A stretch of DNA of 64,000 nucleotides from Prorocentrum cordatum (taxonomy: Eukaryota): the NCBI GenBank assembly GCA_963575745.1, contig CAUYUJ010000048.1, positions 372,001 through 436,000 on the forward strand, given 5' to 3'. The notes beneath the pieces were generated by a model. It was not told the DNA's origin. It saw only the letters and a list, made by a program, of their open reading frames with translations, and made no database searches. A program made the translations under genes and the position numbers. This document shows, piece after piece, positions 51,901 through 64,000 of the stretch. Each line of letters begins with the position of its first letter. The first letter of the stretch is position 1.

Positions 51901-53616
51901 CGACGACGAAACCGCAGCACTGAATTTTAGTTGCTCAGGCTTATGTGAGTATCTCTCAGTGTGCCCGCAGGCCGACATTGAGGGACCCATGTGCGGTGCT
52001 CGAAATGCCAATTCATTATTGCGTATGTCTTGTATTTGGACTATATGCATGTATATACCTACATCTATATATAGACATTTATACGTGTATGTATACATAT
52101 AACGGCGCACCGGGTCCGGGGGCCGGGGCCGGGACCTCGACCACAAATGTGGGCCCCGGGGGGCCCGGAGGCTCGTCGGACCGCCGGACGCCGTCCAAGA
52201 TCGTTCGCAGGCGGCTTCGGAACGCGCTCCGATGGCTCCAGATGCCTTCCAAGACGCCTGTCATGACACCAAGAAGGTCCCAGAAGCCTCCAAGACGCTC
52301 CGAGAGGCAGCCCAAGAGAGGCCCAAGAAGCAAAAATCGTGCCATTCCTATGGGAAAACGTATATTTTTCGCATGTTCGCCTCTTGGGCTTTCACCGCGT
52401 CCAAGACGGCCCAAGAGGCGCCCAAGACGGTCTACGAGGCCTCCGGGAGCGCTCCAAGGCTGCGCACGAGTGGCCCAGGACGGCCCCAAGACGGCCGAAG
52501 AGAGCCCCAAGACGAGTTCGAGAGGGGTCCCAGACGGAGAAAGCCAACCTCGAATTCCGAGCTTCCGGCCCAAGAGGCTCCAGGAGGCGCCAAAATGCCG
52601 CCAAGAGGCGCCAAAAGGCTCCCAAAAGCACCCCAAGACGTTCCGAGAGGCACCCCAAGAGAGGTCCAAGAAACAAAAATCGTGCCATTCCTATGGGAAA
52701 ACGTATATTTTTCGCATGTTCGCATCTTGGGCTTTCACCGCGTCCAAGACGGCCCAAGAGGCCTCCAAGACGGCCTAGGAGGCCTCCGGGAGCGCTCCAA
52801 GGCTGCGCACGAGTGGCTCAGGACGGCCTCAAGACGGCCCAAGAGAACTCCAAGACGACTTCGAGAGGGGTCCCAGAAGGAGAAAGCCACCCTCGAATTC
52901 CGAGCTTCCGGCCCAACATATCCCAGGAGGCGCCAAAACGCCGCCCAGAGGCGCCAAAAGGCTTCCAAAATCAGCCCAAGACGTTCCGAGAGGCACCCCA
53001 AGAGAGGTCCAAGAAACAAAAATCGTGCCATTCCTATGGGAAATGTATATTTTTCGCATGTTCGCCTCTTGGGCTTTCACCGCGTCCAAGACGGCCCAAG
53101 AGGCCTCCAAGACCGCCCCAAGACGGCCCAAGAAGCTTCCAAGAGGGCCCCAGGACAGCCCAAGAGGGCCCCAAGACGGCCCAAGAGGCGCCCAAGATGG
53201 CCCAAGAGGGCCCCAAGACGGGCCCAAGAGGGGGCCCAGAGGGGGACCACGAACCGCAAGCTCGAGCCTTCCGCCCCAAGAGGCCGCCAGGAGGCCCCAA
53301 GGAGGCCCCTCAAGAGGCCCCAGGAGACCCCCAAGAGGCCCAAAGGAGGCCCCGAGAAGCCCCAAATCGGCCCCCAAAATGCTTCGAACCTGCTTCCAGG
53401 AGGCCCCCGACAGGTTCAGAGGCTCCCGAGAAGCTACGTCAAACTCCCAGCGAGCGGCCGGACGAGGCCCCCCACAAAATCACAAGAGGGTTCCAGTATT
53501 TGTATCCTTCAGCGCTCTCTGGCCTTCTTCCCCCTGCCTCCTTCCCTGCGACTTTCGTTGACTCAAGCTCGCCTCCTAGCTAGAACCTAAGCGCGAAGCG
53601 CGCGCGTGGTTCTCGT

Positions 53617-53678
<62 letters not shown>

Positions 53679-54914
53679 TGTATGTATGTATGTATGTATG
53701 TATGTATATATAGAAATGTATGTATCCTTGGGGGGCGACTACGACTTCCAAGGGCGACGATCCTTGGGGACGACTATTCTGTATAACATAAATATATACA
53801 GATAAGGATTACGACTTCCAAGTCTGAGGTTTTCGCATGCGCCGCACCCTCAAGTGACAAGACCTGTGGAGTACGAACGACATATATATATATACACACG
53901 ACTGCATTGGCGCTGCGCGCCATGCACCTTGGTCCTTTGAGTTCTACACACAAGCGGAATGCGTGCGTACATGCGCGCATGCATGTATACACGCGCACGT
54001 GCATGCATGTTCCGTATACATGCCTAGGTGTGTACAATATACTTCCAGTGTTGTATGTTTGTATACACCGTACATATGTACATCTAAATGTATGTGTGCC
54101 AGGGTATGGACATGCATATGCAACTCATACGGGGCATCCTCGGGCATCTTCGCTGCATGCTACGAGACCCTCAACGACTGGGTCACAATGTGAAATGTCA
54201 CGGGAGCAAAATCAATGAATGTTGGCATTCGGAAACATCGTGGAGGTGTTTTCGGGGCCCACGTGGGCCGTTTTGGCGCCTTCACGGGCCGTCCTGGTGC
54301 CTTCTTGGGCTGTCTTGGGGAGCTTGGGCCCGCTGGAGCCCCCTTTGGACCCATCTTGGGCACTTCCGGGGACCTCCCATGGCCCTTTTTGGGTCTGTGC
54401 TGGGAACCCTTGGGGGGCCTCTTGGTTCCATTATGGGCTGTCTTGGGGCTCTCGTGGGCGATCGTGGGGCCTTGGCCGTCTTGAAGCTTTCTTGGGGGCC
54501 TTTTGGAGCGTCTTGAGGCGATCTCGGGGGCTTTGAAACCGTTTTGAAAGCTGATGAAATCCGAAAGGCGAAGATTCTAAAATGGTAAGTTTTACGAAGG
54601 GAATGGGACGTTTCTTGTGTTTTGAAGGCCCCTCGGGAAGCTTTTTGGGGTGCCTTGGGGGTCTTTATGTTGGCATTCGGAAACATCGTGGTGGTGTTTT
54701 CGGGGCCCTCGTAGGCGGTTTTGGCGCCTTCACGGGCCGTCCGGGGGCCTTCTTGGGCCGTCTTGGGGAGCTTGGGCCCGCTGGAGCCCCCTTTGGACCC
54801 ATCTTGGGCACTTCCGGGGACCTCCCATGGCTCTTTTGGGTCTGTGCTGGGAGCCCTTGGGGGGCCTCTTGGTTCCATTATGGGCTGCCTTGGGGCTCTC
54901 GTGGGCGACAAATA

Positions 54915-56713
54915 GTATGCGCGCGCACTCGTTCAACAAAAATCAGAAGTTTCCAAGAATCCCCTTGCAAACAAAAAAGACGGAGTGCACGCGCGCGTGA
55001 CGTCGCGCGCGCTTGCCGAAATCCTTCAGAAAACTTCGGTTCCGGAAGGACTTCAAAGTCGAGTGTCCAAAACACATGTTAAAACGTAGGGTTTCGCAAC
55101 ACGGATTCTTGACAAAAACACGCGCGCGCGTTCTTGTGAATTCTTAAGAGAACCATAGGTTTGAACGACTTTCGACAATATTGCCAATCGGGCTTCGCGC
55201 GCGCATGTCGAAATCGTTCGAACGCCCTTGCGCGCGTGCCGCCGCGGGAATCCTGTGCAACAAATGGGACGAAGTGCGCGCGCGCGTCGTCGCGCGCGCA
55301 TGCCGAAATGCTTTGAAAACCTGCGGTTCCGGAAGGAATTCAAAATCGAATGTCCAACGAATATATCAAAACACATGGTTTCGCAACACTGATTATCAAC
55401 AACAGCGTGGGCGCGCGCTCTTGCGAATTAGTAATGGAACCGTAAGTTTCCCAATCTTTTCCGAAAGTGCTACCAGACGGGTTTCGCGCGCGCATGTCGA
55501 AAACGTTCGAACGCCCTTGCGCGCGTGCTGGGGTGGCACGGTCCGTCTCAAATAAGAAATGCGAGCCACTCTCGCGCGTCTGCCGCGCGCGCATTTCGAA
55601 TCACCGACGCGAAGACGCCGTCATCGTCGTCGGCGTGGTCGGCAGTGGCGCCGTCACTGGCCGTGCCGTCGTCGCTGTCAGCATCGTCACCAACATCGCT
55701 ACTATCATCATCATCGTCGCGTCTACAAGTATCGACATTGCCATGATACCGCGCCCGCCCAAGTCGCCGACTCGCAATCAAGTGTCCGTCTAGATGTGCC
55801 GAGCGGTCAGCAGCACCGCAGCCGCGTCGGTCGCGCCAAACTATCTGGCCGCTGCGCGCGCGCATGCGCGGGGTGGCGCGGCCGCAAAAATACACCAGCC
55901 AGCGCCAAGCACTCATCGCAATCGCCGCCGCATGACCTTTGCAAACCAGATTGCGGGTGGGTGGGTGGGTGGGATGATTGTGCGAGCAGTGGAGTGGTCA
56001 ACTCATTGCGAATAGAAAGTAATTCTCCTTTTTTTCTAAAAACAGAGTAGTATCTACCCCCCCCCCCCCGGCGTTGTCCGCCCCCGTTTCGGGTATGTAA
56101 ATCGAATACGATTATGACCACATGTCCATCCTAAATGTGAATTGGCAATGTCCCAGGGGGGCCGGTATCGGCCCCCCTGAGGTTCCCCTGTAAAAAAACG
56201 ATACGCGGGGACATTTTTTGTTCTAGTACCAGTTTTTTTTCGCGAATCCCTTGCAACAAATGGGACGAAGTGCACACGCGCGCGTCGTCGCGCGCGCATG
56301 CCGAAATCCTTCAAAAACCTTCGGTGCCGGACGGATTTCGCAATCGAGTTTCCAAAAGAACAAACAAAAACAAAGGGTTTCGCAACCGTGATTTGCTAAA
56401 AAAGCTTCCGCGCGAGCGCTGGCGAAATTGTAAGAAAACCATAGTTTGTTTATCCAGATTTTCACAACATGCTAACGGGCTTCGCGCGCGCGTGTCGAAA
56501 TCTGTCGAACGCCCTTGCGCGTGTGCCGTCGCGAGAACCCTCAGCAAAAAATGGGACGAAGTGCAGACGCGCGCGTCGTCGCGCGCGTATGCCGAAATCC
56601 TTCGGAACCCATCGGTTTCGGACGGACTTCAAAATCGTGTGTCCAAAAAACCTACAAAAACACAAGGTTTCGCAACACGGATGTTCAACAAAAGCGTGCA
56701 CGCGCTCTCTTGA

Positions 56714-56746
<33 letters not shown>

Positions 56747-56936
56747 CTCCCTCCTCCCGCGTCGTCGTCGTCGTCGTCGCTTACGTCGTCCTCTGTCTTT
56801 CCTCGTGTTCGTCGTCGTCGTCCTCTTTGGCGTCGTGGTCGTTTCCGTCGTCGTTGTCGCCGTGGTCGTCCTTCCTCCTCCCTCGTCGTCGTCGTCGTCC
56901 GTCGTCGGCGTCTCGTCGTCGTCCCTCCTATTTCGT

Positions 56937-56970
<34 letters not shown>

Positions 56971-59742
56971 TCCCTCCTCCCTCGTCGTTGTCGTCGTCGG
57001 CGTCGCCGTCCTTCCTCCTTTTTCATCGTTCGCGTCGTCGCCGTCCTCCCTCCTCCCTCGTCGTTGTCGTCGTTGTCGTCGTTGTCGCCGTCGTCTTCCT
57101 CCCTCTCCCTCGTCGTCGTCTTCGTTGGCGACGTCGTCGTCTTCGTCGTCGGCGTCGGCGTCGTCGTCGTCTTCGTCGTCGTCGACGTCGGCGTCGTCGT
57201 CGTCGCCGCCGTCGTCGTCGTCGTCGTCGGCGTCGTTGACGTCGTCGTCGTCGTCGGTGTCGTCGTTGTCGTGGTCGTCGGCGTCGTCATCGTCGTCGTC
57301 GGCGTCGTCGTCGTCGTCGGTGTCGTCGTCGTTGTCGGCGTCGAAGGCGTTGGAGACGTCGTCGGTGTCGTCGCCCAGCTGGGATGTGCCCAGCAGTCAG
57401 CGCCACCGCGGCCGCGTCGGTCGCGCCAAACTAGCTGGCCGCTGCGCGCGCGCTTGGGTTGGCGCGGCCGCAGAGAGGGGCCAGCTAACTCCAAACAGTC
57501 ATCGCAATCGTCACCACATGGGTTTTGCAAGCCAAGTTGCGGGTGGGTGGGTGGGATGTTTGCAAGAGCGTGGGATGTGTCAGCTCGTTTGTTAAAATCA
57601 AGTTTTCTTTATAAAAACACAATAGAATCTACCCCCCCCCCCCAGAGTTATTACTCCCCCCTTTTCGGGTATGTACATCATATATGATTATGACCACATG
57701 TCCATCCTAAATGTCAAATCAAATGTCACATGCCAGCCGGTATCCCCCCCCTGAGGGTACCTTGTAAAATACACTATGCGGTGATATTGTTTATTCTAAC
57801 ATGTCACAAATCCCTTGCAGCAAATGGGACGAAGTGCACACGCGCACGTCGTCGCGCGCGCATGCCGAAATCCTTCAAAAACCTTCGGTGCGGACGGATC
57901 TCGCAATCGAATTTCCCAAACAAACTTACAAAAACACATGGTTTCGCAACACTGATTTGCTAAAAAAGTTTCCGCGCGAGCTCTTGCGGAATCTTAAGAA
58001 AACCATGCTTTTCTTCCATCACAACATGCTACCAAACGGGCTTCGCGCGCGCATGTCGAAATCTGCCGAGCGCCCTTGCGCGTGTGCCGTCGCGAGAATA
58101 CTCTGCAACAGAAATGAAACGAAATGCAGACGCGCGCGTCGTCGCGCGCGTATGCCGAAGTCCTTCAAAACCCATCGGTTTCGGAAGGATTTCAAAATCG
58201 TGTGTCCAAAAAACATACAAACACACAAGGTTTCGCAACACAGATTTGCTAAAAAAACTTCCGCGCGTTCTCTTGCGAAATCTTCAGAGAACCATCGGTT
58301 CTCCAAGATTTTTACAAAATGCTACCAAACGGGCTTCGCGCGCGCATGTCGAAATCTGACGAGCGCCCTTGCGCGTGTGCCGTCGCGAGAACCCTCTGCA
58401 GCAAAAAGAGACGAAGTGCAGACGCGCGCGTCGTCGCGCGCGTATGCCGAAGTCCTTCAAAACCCATCGATTTCGGACGGATTTCAAAATCGTGTGCCCC
58501 AAAAACATACAACAACACAAGGTTTCGCAACACAGATTTGCTAAGAAACTTCCGCGCGAGCTCTTGCGAAATCTTCAGAGAACCATCGGTTCTCCAAGTT
58601 TTTTACAAAATGCTACCAAACGGGCTTCGCGCGCGCGCATGTCGAAATCTGTCGAACGCCCTTGCGCGTGTGCCGTCGCGAGAACCCTCTGCAGCAAAAA
58701 GAGACGAAGTGCAGACGCGCGCGTCGTCGCGCGCGTATGCCGAAATCCTTCGGAACCCATCGGTTTCGGAAGGATGTCAAAATCGTGTGTCCAAAAAACC
58801 TACACAAAAACACGAGGTTTCGCAACTGATGTTCAACCAAAGCGTGCGCGCGCGCTCTTGAGTCGTCGTCGTCGTCGTCGCCGTCGTCCTCCCTCATCCC
58901 GCGTCGTCGTCGTCGCCTACGTCGTCCTCTGTCTTTCCTCGTGTTCGTCGTCGTCGTCCTCTTTGGCGTCGTGGTCGTTTCCGTCGTCGTTGTCGCCGTG
59001 GTCGTCCTTCCTCCTCCCTCGTCGTCGTCGTCGTCCGTCGTCGGCGTCTCGTCGTCGTCCCTCCTATTTGGTCGCCGTCGTCGTCGTCGTCGTTGTCGTC
59101 GTCGTCTTCCCTCCTCCCTCGTCGTTGCCGTCGTCGGCGTCGCCGTCCTTCCTCCTTCTTCATCGTTCGCGTCGTCGCCGCCCTCCCTCCTCCCCCGTCG
59201 TTGTCGTCGTTGTCGTCGTTGTCGTCGTTGTCGCCGTCGTCGTCCTTCCTCCTCCCTCGTCGTCGTCTTCGTTGGCGACGTCGTCGTCGTCTTCGTCGTC
59301 GTCGTCGGCGTCGGCGTCGTTGTCGTCTTCGTCGTCGTCGACGTCGGCGTCGTCGTCGTCGGCGTCGTTGACGTCGTCGTCGTCGGCGTCGTTGACGTCG
59401 TCGTCGTCGTCTGTGTCGTCGTCATCGTCGTCGGCGTCGTCATCGTCGTCGTCGTTGTCATCGTCGTCGTCGTCGTCGTCGTTGTCGGCGTCGTCGTCGT
59501 CGGTGTCGTCGTCGACGTCGTCGTTGTCGGCGTTGTCGAAGTCGTTGGAGACGTCGTCGATGTCGTCGTAGTCGTTGTCGTCGTCGTCGTTGTCGCTGTC
59601 GTCGTCGGCGTCGCTGTTGTTGCCAAGTGAAATTTGGTACCCACCGTCGCGGTCTTAAGAGATTTTGCGAACCAAGTTGCGGGAGGGTGGGTGGGGTGTT
59701 TGCGCGAGCAGTGGAGTGGACAACTCATTGCGAACAGAAATT
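54915..59742. mobile_element. Three head-to-tail copies of the same element (about 54915-56020 5'-truncated, 56020-57600, 57600-59742)
   Basis: Repeated order: poly-C block, 2-4 tandem units of about 250-300 bp, (GTC)n, gggtgggtggg block, imperfect 3' hairpin gcagtggagt-gg(t/a)ca-actcattgc (55986-56009, 59708-59731). Confidence 0.75.
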
Positions 59743-60992
59743 AGTTGCACCGCATAGATTGCACCATCTGTACTTCACCATTCAGATTGCACACGTGGAT
59801 ATGACGCTACGGTCATTGAGCTACATATGTTTATATGTGTGTGTCCTTGTACGCACACGCATATACATATTTATATGTATGTATAGATTGCAGCACATCG
59901 GCTGCACCGTGCACAAGGCGTTCTGTACCGCATAAAGTGCGCCATGCGTTTCGGACAGCATTGCTTGCACCTCATTTATTGCACAACGCAGATGTGCCGA
60001 ATAGATGGCACAATATGTATTGTTTGACACAGGTCGACCGTCACGCATTGCGCAACATTGATTGCATCACCCATATTTCGTTGCATATAGTGCGCAATAT
60101 AGATTGCACCACGTAAATGGCACTACAGAGGACATGTAGTGCACCATATAGATTGCCTTACACATATTGCGCATCTCAGAACTCACAACAGGATTTACAT
60201 CCCATACACTGCAGAAGCCATATTCCACAACATACGCTACATAGATTGCACACATCACATGGCACAACACAACGTTCACCACCTAGATTGCACCACGTAG
60301 ATTGTACAACCTATAATGCACACCGTCGGTTGCATCACATCTAGCGTTCCACCTATAGCGCACGACTTGAGTTTGACTACGTATATCGCACGTCTTAAAT
60401 TTCACCACGCGTATTGCACACCATAAATTGAATTACATGTATTGCACCCCACCGGATTATTCACTATAGATTGCGCAACATGTATTGCACACGATTGGTT
60501 GCACAACATCTATCTCACCACATATATTGTACATATCAGATTGCACACCATAAAATGTATTGCAAAAGGTTTTTAGAAGCATTGTTGGGGTTCCCCGTTG
60601 GCTAGCAACTGTGCACATACTCATTGATGTACATGTAGATGATTTACAGCCTCCGTGCCCAGACACGGTCCTGGAGGCCGATATCGGAGACAAATGTGCT
60701 TGGGTTTGAACAGGGAGCTCCGCCAGAGGTTTGGGTACGCACCACCGTTGCCGCTGGGCGTCGCTGTCCTCGACCGCTAGCCATTCGTCGCGCGAGGAGA
60801 AGTCACCAACAGCTCGCTGGCAGAGGCGGGGACGAGAGCAGGAGCCGTGGCAGGCGCGATCTTGCGCGCCGACAATGGGGTCGGCAATTCTGTGTTGGCG
60901 GGGGTCGGCCAGCTTGAAAGGTCACGCAGTGCAGTTCATGCCTGTGCTAATGATGTTGATGTTGATGTTGGTGCTGCTGGGAATGATGATGC

Positions 60993-61046
<54 letters not shown>

Positions 61047-61050
61047 CGAC

Positions 61051-61111
<61 letters not shown>

Positions 61112-61639
61112 TGGCTGGCGATTACGATGACAATGACGATGACGAGGATGAGGATGAAGATGATGACGATGATGACGATGGCAATGATGATGATGCGTGG
61201 TGAGGCCGCAAGCCTCTTGGACACCCACGCTGGATATTCTACAGCTGGGGATTGGCAAAGGATTGGCCGACGAGGCAGTCAAGCACGGGTACATGTAAGC
61301 AGTACCCATTGGTTGTAGTGATGACGGCTTTATCGATGCATGCATGACCCACGTACTTCGGGAATCCATGAAGCTTCTGCGTTGCGCGCGGAGGTTGGTT
61401 GTCTCATCAACGCCTGTGGCGTGCACAAAATCCAATGTTCTATAGCGGGGTCCGTCATTCCCATTCCCTGATCTCCCGCCCAATGAGGTATTGCACACAC
61501 CTCCGCAGAATTTCAATATATCCCGCCTCGAAAACGCATGCCCGCGCTTTGCTGCGCCGATGCGAGACCGCCGGTGGAGCCCCAGCCAAGGGTAAAGCAC
61601 AAGGAATTATCGATTGACAGGATTGCCTTGGTGGGGATG

Positions 61640-62270
61640 GGGGCTGTCGGCGGCGACGCAAGGACTTGACCCTGAATAGAAAGGGAGGAAGTCTCGAGCA
61701 GAGCCGCTGGTGTTGCTGGGAGCGGCGACAATGCTGAAGAGAGTAGGGCGCTAGTCCAGCGTAACACAAAACGGAGTCTCGAGCGGGAGCGCTGGTTTTG
61801 TTGGGACGGCGGTTGCCGACGGCGAGGAGGAACACCGCCTTGAGTAAGATGGGAGGAAGTCTCGAGCGGGAGCCGTAGTTTTGTCGGGACGGGGGCTGTC
61901 GGCGGCGAGGAACAGAACCGTCCTGAGGAAAAAGCAGGAACCCTCGAACGGGAGCGTTGTTCTTGCTGGGAGCGGCGCCAAGTCAAAAAAAGTAGGGAGC
62001 CAGTCCAGCGTAAAACGGGAGGGAGTCTCGGGCGGGAGCGCTGGTTTGTTTTGTCGGGAAGGCGGTTTTCGGCAGCGAGGAGGAGCACCGCCTTGAGTAA
62101 AAAAGGGGGGGAGTCTCGAGCGGGAGCGTTGTTGTTGCTGGGGGCGGCGCCGATGGGAGAAAGAGTGGCACGCCAGTCCAGCGGCGAGCAGGAGCACCGG
62201 CCCTGAGAAAAAAAGGAGGAAGTCTCGAGCTTGAGCTTTGTTGTTGTTTGGGTGCCGGTTTTGGCGCCCC
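61640..62270. repeat. About 85-110-bp tandem repeat
   Basis: ggagtctcgagcgggagcg recurs about 7 times. Confidence 0.8.
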
Positions 62271-62490
62271 CCCCAAACCACTCAAGCGTGAGCCCCACCA
62301 ACTTTCAATGAAAATGTCGCCGGCGCCGTGGCGAGAGCGCCAGGGCACCTGGGGGGGGTCCAACAATGGCAACTGTTGAGTAGTTATCATTCAACAACAA
62401 CAGCGCAACAAGCAAAATCCTGACCACGTGTCCCCACTAGAGCCACGCACCCAGGGACAATGAATGACCGTTCGGCCCCTTCACTCTGAC

Positions 62491-62527
<37 letters not shown>

Positions 62528-64000
62528 CAGAGGAGAGAGAAAACAAATACATCAAGAGGGCGAGAGAGAGAGGGAGGGAGAGAGTGCGATAGGGAACGAG
62601 GCAGGACAGATACTCATGGGCGCACGGGTGATACAGTCGCACAGGTATCGATGGTCATAGACGCTAACAGATCGCGAAAGGGCGATGCACAGAGAGCCAG
62701 CCAAGTATCGATGGAAACAGGGTTCAGCAGACACGTGTGTCGGGGGCGCTGGAAGTGCTTCTGAGCACGGCTCGGGCTCGTGCCTCACGGCAACGTGTGC
62801 ACGTCTGCCTACGATGGAGAGTTCAGGAAGAAGCATGCCCACGCGGATGCGAGTGCGTATACATCCCGCATTTCTGGGATCAGGGCACGCGCATTTGCGC
62901 AAGGAGGAGGAGGAGGAGGAGGAGAGGAGGAGGAGGAGGAGGAGGAGGAGGAGAGGAGGAGGAGGGGGAGGAGGAGGGGAGGAGGAAGAGGAGAAGGAGG
63001 AGGAGGGGGGAGGAGAGGCGGAGGAGGAGGAGGGGAGGAGGAGGAGGTGCCGTCTGCCGCGCCAGGGGCAGCCTCGGAACGCGCAGCGACCGCGAGGCGG
63101 CCTCTCTCTTGTGTCTGCCCTCTGTGCAGCGTCTGCCCCACCCGTGGTCCTCCTCCTCCTCCTCCTCCTCCTCCTCCTCCTCCTCCTCCTCCTCCTCCTC
63201 CTCCTCCTCCTCCCCGTCCTCCCCCTCCTCCCCCTCCTCCTCCTCGTCCCCCCCCCTCCTCCTCCTCGTCCTCCTCCTCCGCTTGCTCCTCCTCTTCCTC
63301 CTCCTCCCCGAGTGCATAAGCAAACTGCGCTTGGATCGGACGTGCCTTGGCGGTGCCTGAGCGGTCGATCACTGGCTCGGGCAGCCAGTCTGCATGGAGG
63401 GAGGGGGCCTCCGATGGTTCAGGAAGAACCAGTCTCTCGTCGGTGTGGAAGCTCTCCCGAAGCATGCGTTGGGCGGGCATCGTGTTCTTGGCCCCCCGGA
63501 CCTTTCGACCCCCTCCTCAGGGCAATGTTTTGTCATCCCAGCTTGCCTCTGACGGTCTTCAGGGCCCTCAGCGGATTGCCAGAGTAGGAAATCGAGGAAC
63601 AATTTGTGAGCGGTTCGCAGGCGCTCGATTTTCGGCGGGCCGTGCCAGAGTTTAGCAGAGACCATCTCGTCATCGTAGGTGTTCTCGGCGCCGTCGCCGC
63701 TGGCGCCGCAGTCGACATGGTCGTCGTCCTCGTCGCCGCCGCAGTCGTCCTCAGTCGTCGTCCTCAGTCGTCGTCCTCCGTCGTCGTCCCCCGTCGTCGT
63801 CGTCGTCGCCGTGGTCGTTGTCGTGGTCGTGCTCGTCGCCGCCCTCGTCGTCGCCCTCGTCGCCCCCCGACGGGCCGCGCAGGGTTCCCGGCGCCACGGC
63901 GGCGACGGTGGCGCCCGCGACAGGCCCATCCGCTGCCCCGCTCCGCTCGGGCCGGACGAAAGGGCGGGGGGATTGGGAAAGGGGGGGGTTCGAAATCTGC

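Noticed and set aside
52232..53590. 452-aa and 414-aa overlapping ORFs (likewise 9258-10661, 29823-31370, 58369-59571)
   Set aside because: Translations of tandem repeats or microsatellites that are open in several frames.
1..64000. rRNA, tRNA, snRNA or intact SL-RNA genes; intact transposase or RT
   Set aside because: No recognisable conserved motifs by eye; an Infernal/HMM scan would be needed to exclude them.

Overview
Eukaryotic, GC-rich, repeat-dominated genomic DNA with one 100-N scaffold gap (4463-4562). It is most likely dinoflagellate (Prorocentrum-like). That is an inference from GC/GA splice donors, very short exons in long repeat-filled introns, and degenerate spliced-leader (DinoSL)-like motifs at about 45.0-45.2 kb. 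Almost all ORFs in the supplied track are artefacts of microsatellites and GC-rich repeats. By hand I can assemble one frame-consistent, roughly 14-exon + strand gene (about 10925-35833, about 352 aa). It encodes a single RRM RNA-binding domain whose helix1/beta2 segment appears to be split over 9-24 nt micro-exons. Other content: several MITE families (TA-TSD mariner-like, 8-bp-TSD hAT-like, foldback); a 1.1-3 kb satellite-bearing, Helitron-like element in head-to-tail copies, one of which carries a 1.8 kb intronless coding-like cargo; a frameshifted Tyr/His/Glu heptad-repeat ORF nested in an intron; weak LINE remnants; and scattered exon-like segments of a possible - strand gene in 42-64 kb. 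No rRNA, tRNA or CRISPR was found. All exon boundaries were picked by eye and need transcript data.
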